From assembly GCA_038046645.1 (NCBI GenBank), contig JBBSVU010000010.1:1-49524 (forward strand): 49,524 nucleotides of DNA, in the 5' to 3' direction. Position 1 is the stretch's first letter. Each line of letters opens with the position of its first letter. Positions 46,482 to 49,524 of the stretch are shown here, one piece after another. The position numbers were made by a program, and so were the translations under genes. This DNA comes from an archaeon (GTDB lineage: Archaea; Iainarchaeota; Iainarchaeia; Iainarchaeales; 0-14-0-20-34-12). Below the pieces are notes generated by a model. That model was not told where the DNA came from. It saw only the letters and a program-made list of their open reading frames with translations, and searched no databases.

Positions 46482-46922
46482 TCAGCATTCTATTTTTTTT
46501 ATTCGATTTTCATGCCTTCCATGCTCAAATTTTTCATTCAAAAAAGTATTTGCAATTTTTTTCATTTCTTCAACATTAAGGATGCGTGCACCCATACACA
46601 AAACATTTGCATCATTGTGGTTGCGGGACATTTTTGCAGTGAATTCATTATGGCATAGCGCTGCCCTAATCCCCTTTACCTTGTTTGCTGCAATACTCAT
46701 CCCAATGCCCGTGCCGCAGATTAAAATTCCAAAAGAATTTTTTTCTTTTGCAACCTTCTGCGCAACTCTTTTCGCATAATCAGGGTAATCAACTGATTCT
46801 TCAGAATTCGTTCCTAAATCTTCTAGCTTAAATTCAGATTTTGCTGTTTGAAGGAATTTTTTCAATTCTTCCTTTGCTTTAAAGCCAGCATGATCTGATG
46901 CAATATAAATTTTAACCATCAA
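46482..46922 (-). CDS. rpiB: Ribose-5-phosphate isomerase B
   Basis: ASDHAG, DYPD, CGTGIGMSIAANK, HNDANVL, GRH. Confidence 0.97.
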   Translation of the reverse strand: MMVKIYIASDHAGFKAKEELKKFLQTAKSEFKLEDLGTNSEESVDYPDYAKRVAQKVAKEKNSFGILICGTGIGMSIAANKVKGIRAALCHNEFTAKMSRNHNDANVLCMGARILNVEEMKKIANTFLNEKFEHGRHENRIKKIEC

Positions 46923-47146
46923 TGAAACTTAGGTTAAAAAGATATTAAAATACTGTGATGTTAATGAAAAGGAATAATTTTTAACAACAATTGCCTTAAT
47001 TTCATTGGTGGTTGAATGCCTGCAAGACCTAGTTGGGTGCGAAGAAACATAAGAAGAAGAAAAATAAAAGCTTTAAAAATAAGAACTTTAAACAGAACAA
47101 AAGATCCGAGTACCAAAATAAGATTTTAAAACTTAATTACTGGATT

Positions 47147-47455
47147 TTATTCCTTCAATTCAATCTCAATATGGACATTTTCAGGAATATCAACTCGCAT
47201 TATTCTCCTTAATGTCCTTTCATCTGATTTAATGTCAATCATTCTTTTATGAATTCGTAATTGCCATCTTTCATATGTTTCTGTTCCACCACCACACGGA
47301 CTTTTTCTTGTAGGAACAGTCAATTTCTGCACAGGCAATGGGATAATGCCAGAATGCTTTACTCCGGTTTTTGCAGCTACATCTATTATTTTTCTGCTAA
47401 TGTCATCCAGCTGTTTGAAGTCTGGACTGGTCAATTTAATTCTCGCGGTTTTCAT
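47147..47455 (-). CDS. rps10: 30S ribosomal protein uS10
   Basis: IPLP, RKSPCGGG, IHKR. Confidence 0.97.
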   Translation of the reverse strand: MKTARIKLTSPDFKQLDDISRKIIDVAAKTGVKHSGIIPLPVQKLTVPTRKSPCGGGTETYERWQLRIHKRMIDIKSDERTLRRIMRVDIPENVHIEIELKE

Positions 47456-47554
47456 GTTATCTACCTAAACAACATAAATCAAATTACCTATTATTCTCAC
47501 AAAAGATATATAAATGGATAATAAAGGTTAAAAAAAATAAAAAAAAGGGAAGAA

Positions 47555-48829
47555 TTACTTCTTCCTTTCTTTTACTTCTATTATCATACCTGCTGCAACT
47601 GTCTGTCCCATATCCCTGATTGCGAATCTCCCTAATTGTGGGAATTTCTTATATTCTTCCGCAACAACAGGCTGTACAGGCTTTATCTTTACTATTGCAA
47701 CATCCCCTGTTTTTAGGAATTTAGGGTTTTCTTCTAATACTGCACCTGTTTTCGGGTCCAGTTTCTTAAGCAATTCAGTTAAGGTACAACTTACCTGTGC
47801 TGTGTGCAAATGGAACACAGGAGTATAGTTTGCAGCAATGGCTGTTGGATGGTTTAATACAACAATCTGTGCTGTGAACTCTTCAGCAACTGTTGGTGGA
47901 TTATTCACGTGTCCAATAACTTCTCCCCTTGTTACATCTTCCTTGCTTAAACCCCTTACATTGAATCCTACATTGTCTCCAGGCCTGGCTTCAGTTAATT
48001 GTTCGTGGTGCATTTCAACAGATTTTACTTCTCCAGTCTTGCCTGAAGGCATAATGATTATTTTATCATTTGGCTTCAATATTCCAGTTTCTACCCTTCC
48101 AACTGGTACAGTTCCTACTCCTTTGATGTTATAAACATCTTGGATGGGCAATCTTAATGCCTTGTCTATTGGTGGAGCCGGGGCTTTTATATTATCCAAA
48201 GCTTCCAATAATGTAGGGCCGTTGAACCATTTCAAATTCTCGCTTTTCTTTACTATATTGTCGCCTTTCCAGGCTGAAATCGGGACAAAGGTAATATTTT
48301 CTAATTTAAAGCCAATTGTTGTCAGTAATTTTGTTGCTTCAGTTTTCAAAGCATTATATTTATCCTGTGAAAAATCAACTTCATCCATTTTGTTGCATGC
48401 AATAATTAATTGCTTTAATCCCATCACTTGTGAAAGGAATGCATGCTCCCTTGTCTGTGGCTGTATACCTTCCTTTACTGATATTACCAAAACAGCTGCA
48501 TCAGCCTGGCTTGTCCCTGTAATCATGTTCTTTACAAAGTCTTTGTGCCCTGGTGCATCAATAATTGTTAAGTCGTTTGTTTTTCCCATTAATTTTTTGT
48601 AAGCAACGTCAATTGTTACTCCTCTCTGCCTTTCTTCCTTTAGTTTATCCATTACATAAGCAAATGCGAATGTTGCTTTTCCCATTGCTTTTGCTTCTGC
48701 CTCAATCTTTCTGTACTCCTGCTCACTCAATGTTCCTGAGTCGTAAAGCAAGCGTCCTACAGTAGTAGATTTCCCGTGGTCGACGTGACCAATGAAAACC
48801 AGATTTACATGTGGTTTATTTCCTGCCAT
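47555..48829 (-). CDS. tuf: Elongation factor 1-alpha
   Basis: [44 protein letters not shown]. Confidence 0.98.
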   Translation of the reverse strand: MAGNKPHVNLVFIGHVDHGKSTTVGRLLYDSGTLSEQEYRKIEAEAKAMGKATFAFAYVMDKLKEERQRGVTIDVAYKKLMGKTNDLTIIDAPGHKDFVKNMITGTSQADAAVLVISVKEGIQPQTREHAFLSQVMGLKQLIIACNKMDEVDFSQDKYNALKTEATKLLTTIGFKLENITFVPISAWKGDNIVKKSENLKWFNGPTLLEALDNIKAPAPPIDKALRLPIQDVYNIKGVGTVPVGRVETGILKPNDKIIIMPSGKTGEVKSVEMHHEQLTEARPGDNVGFNVRGLSKEDVTRGEVIGHVNNPPTVAEEFTAQIVVLNHPTAIAANYTPVFHLHTAQVSCTLTELLKKLDPKTGAVLEENPKFLKTGDVAIVKIKPVQPVVAEEYKKFPQLGRFAIRDMGQTVAAGMIIEVKERKK

Positions 48830-49390
48830 CTAAAATTCCTCCATATTTTGATTTTACATTAGCCAGCTAACTTTTCATTTCCCCTTTAAAGGAGAAGAAC
48901 CGTTAGCAAAAACAAATATAATAAACAGTGCTAAATCCAATAGATATAGTACACTGTTCGTAAATTAAGATTCTTCCATATATAGCAAAAGACTTTAATT
49001 TTGAAACTTTTATTGCCTTTTGCTAGATACAAGTTAAATCCAAAGGATTTAATTGTACACTTAAAGCTTGCTTTAAGTTGTAGTAAAGGATTATATTATA
49101 TCCCTACATCTAAGTCCTTTACTATAAATGTTAATAAAGCTTTTGTTTTGGCTGAAAATCCTTGTTTCAACAATAACTAACACAAAACTAATTAAAAAAC
49201 TTCGCGAGATTCTAAGGATTATTTTAAAAGAAAAATATTTTTTCCTTAAGTTAAATTACTTTTTTTATATTTTTGAAAAGCAAAAGCGCAATGTATTTAA
49301 ATAGAAAGAATCCATATAATACAAAAATAAAACAATACTGCATAGCCATACTCAGCTTTGTTGTATTGTAAATTACTATATGGAGGGAAA

Positions 49391-49524
49391 ATGATGAGAA
49401 GATTTATTTTTGTTGCAGCACTTGTCCTTTTATTAGCAAGTGTTTATGCAGCAGCTAATAGAGAAACACTAACCATCTCAGGAATATTAAAAACAGCAGA
49501 TGGCAACTATCTAAATGGAAACTA
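49391..49524 (+). CDS. Secreted hypothetical protein, N-terminal part truncated by the window edge
   Basis: GGAGGG SD, then MMRRFIFVAALVLLLASVYA signal peptide; frame open to the window end. Confidence 0.7.
   Translation, partial: MMRRFIFVAALVLLLASVYAAANRETLTISGILKTADGNYLNGN

Noticed and set aside
46960..47052. Short ORF or decayed signal-peptide-like stretch between rpiB and uS10
   Set aside because: Under 30 aa, no SD and no recognisable similarity
1720..48765. Numerous plus-strand ORFs antisense to the minus-strand core genes (e.g. 5846-6517, 7656-8255, 21759-22403, 23237-23986, 48144-48602)
   Set aside because: Phe/Ser/Leu-rich shadows of Lys/Glu-rich real genes, with no recognisable motifs

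Overview
AT-rich archaeal DNA. Divergent, streamlined core genes suggest a DPANN-type lineage (Iainarchaeota/Micrarchaeota-like; this is inference). Most of the window is a minus-strand translation/transcription super-cluster: uL3 to secY, DUF106, eL34, cmk, eL14, uS13-uS4-uS11-rpoD, tRNA-Leu, eL18-uL13-uS9-rpoN-uS2-MEMO, then trmB, gltX, L7Ae-eS28-eL24-ndk-dut-aIF5B-eS6-aIF2gamma-PIN, and rpoE'-spt4-eS24-eS31-CPBP-sua5-kae1. The right end carries tuf-uS10 and rpiB-archease-rtcB. Accessory material: the 3' end of an IS200/IS605 tnpB with its right-end hairpin; a stand-alone ~118 bp IS605/omegaRNA-like palindromic element; a divergent PLP enzyme; and an island (36.7-44.1 kb) with MNT-HEPN and RHH-RelE toxin-antitoxin pairs, three paralogous secreted proteins, a TGF-anchored surface protein and two Arg-rich paralogs behind rtcB. 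Highlights read from the sequence: (1) a tRNA-Leu(UAA) with two introns that isolate the anticodon on a 7-nt micro-exon; (2) a 133-aa mini-intein at the RtcB metal-binding Cys; (3) an identical 30-bp segment shared by the tails of eS24 and uS4; (4) long structured leaders before rpl3 and tuf; (5) a P-loop-degenerate Cmk. eL24, uS14 and a small membrane ORF missing from the ORF track were added by hand. No CRISPR array or rRNA was seen.
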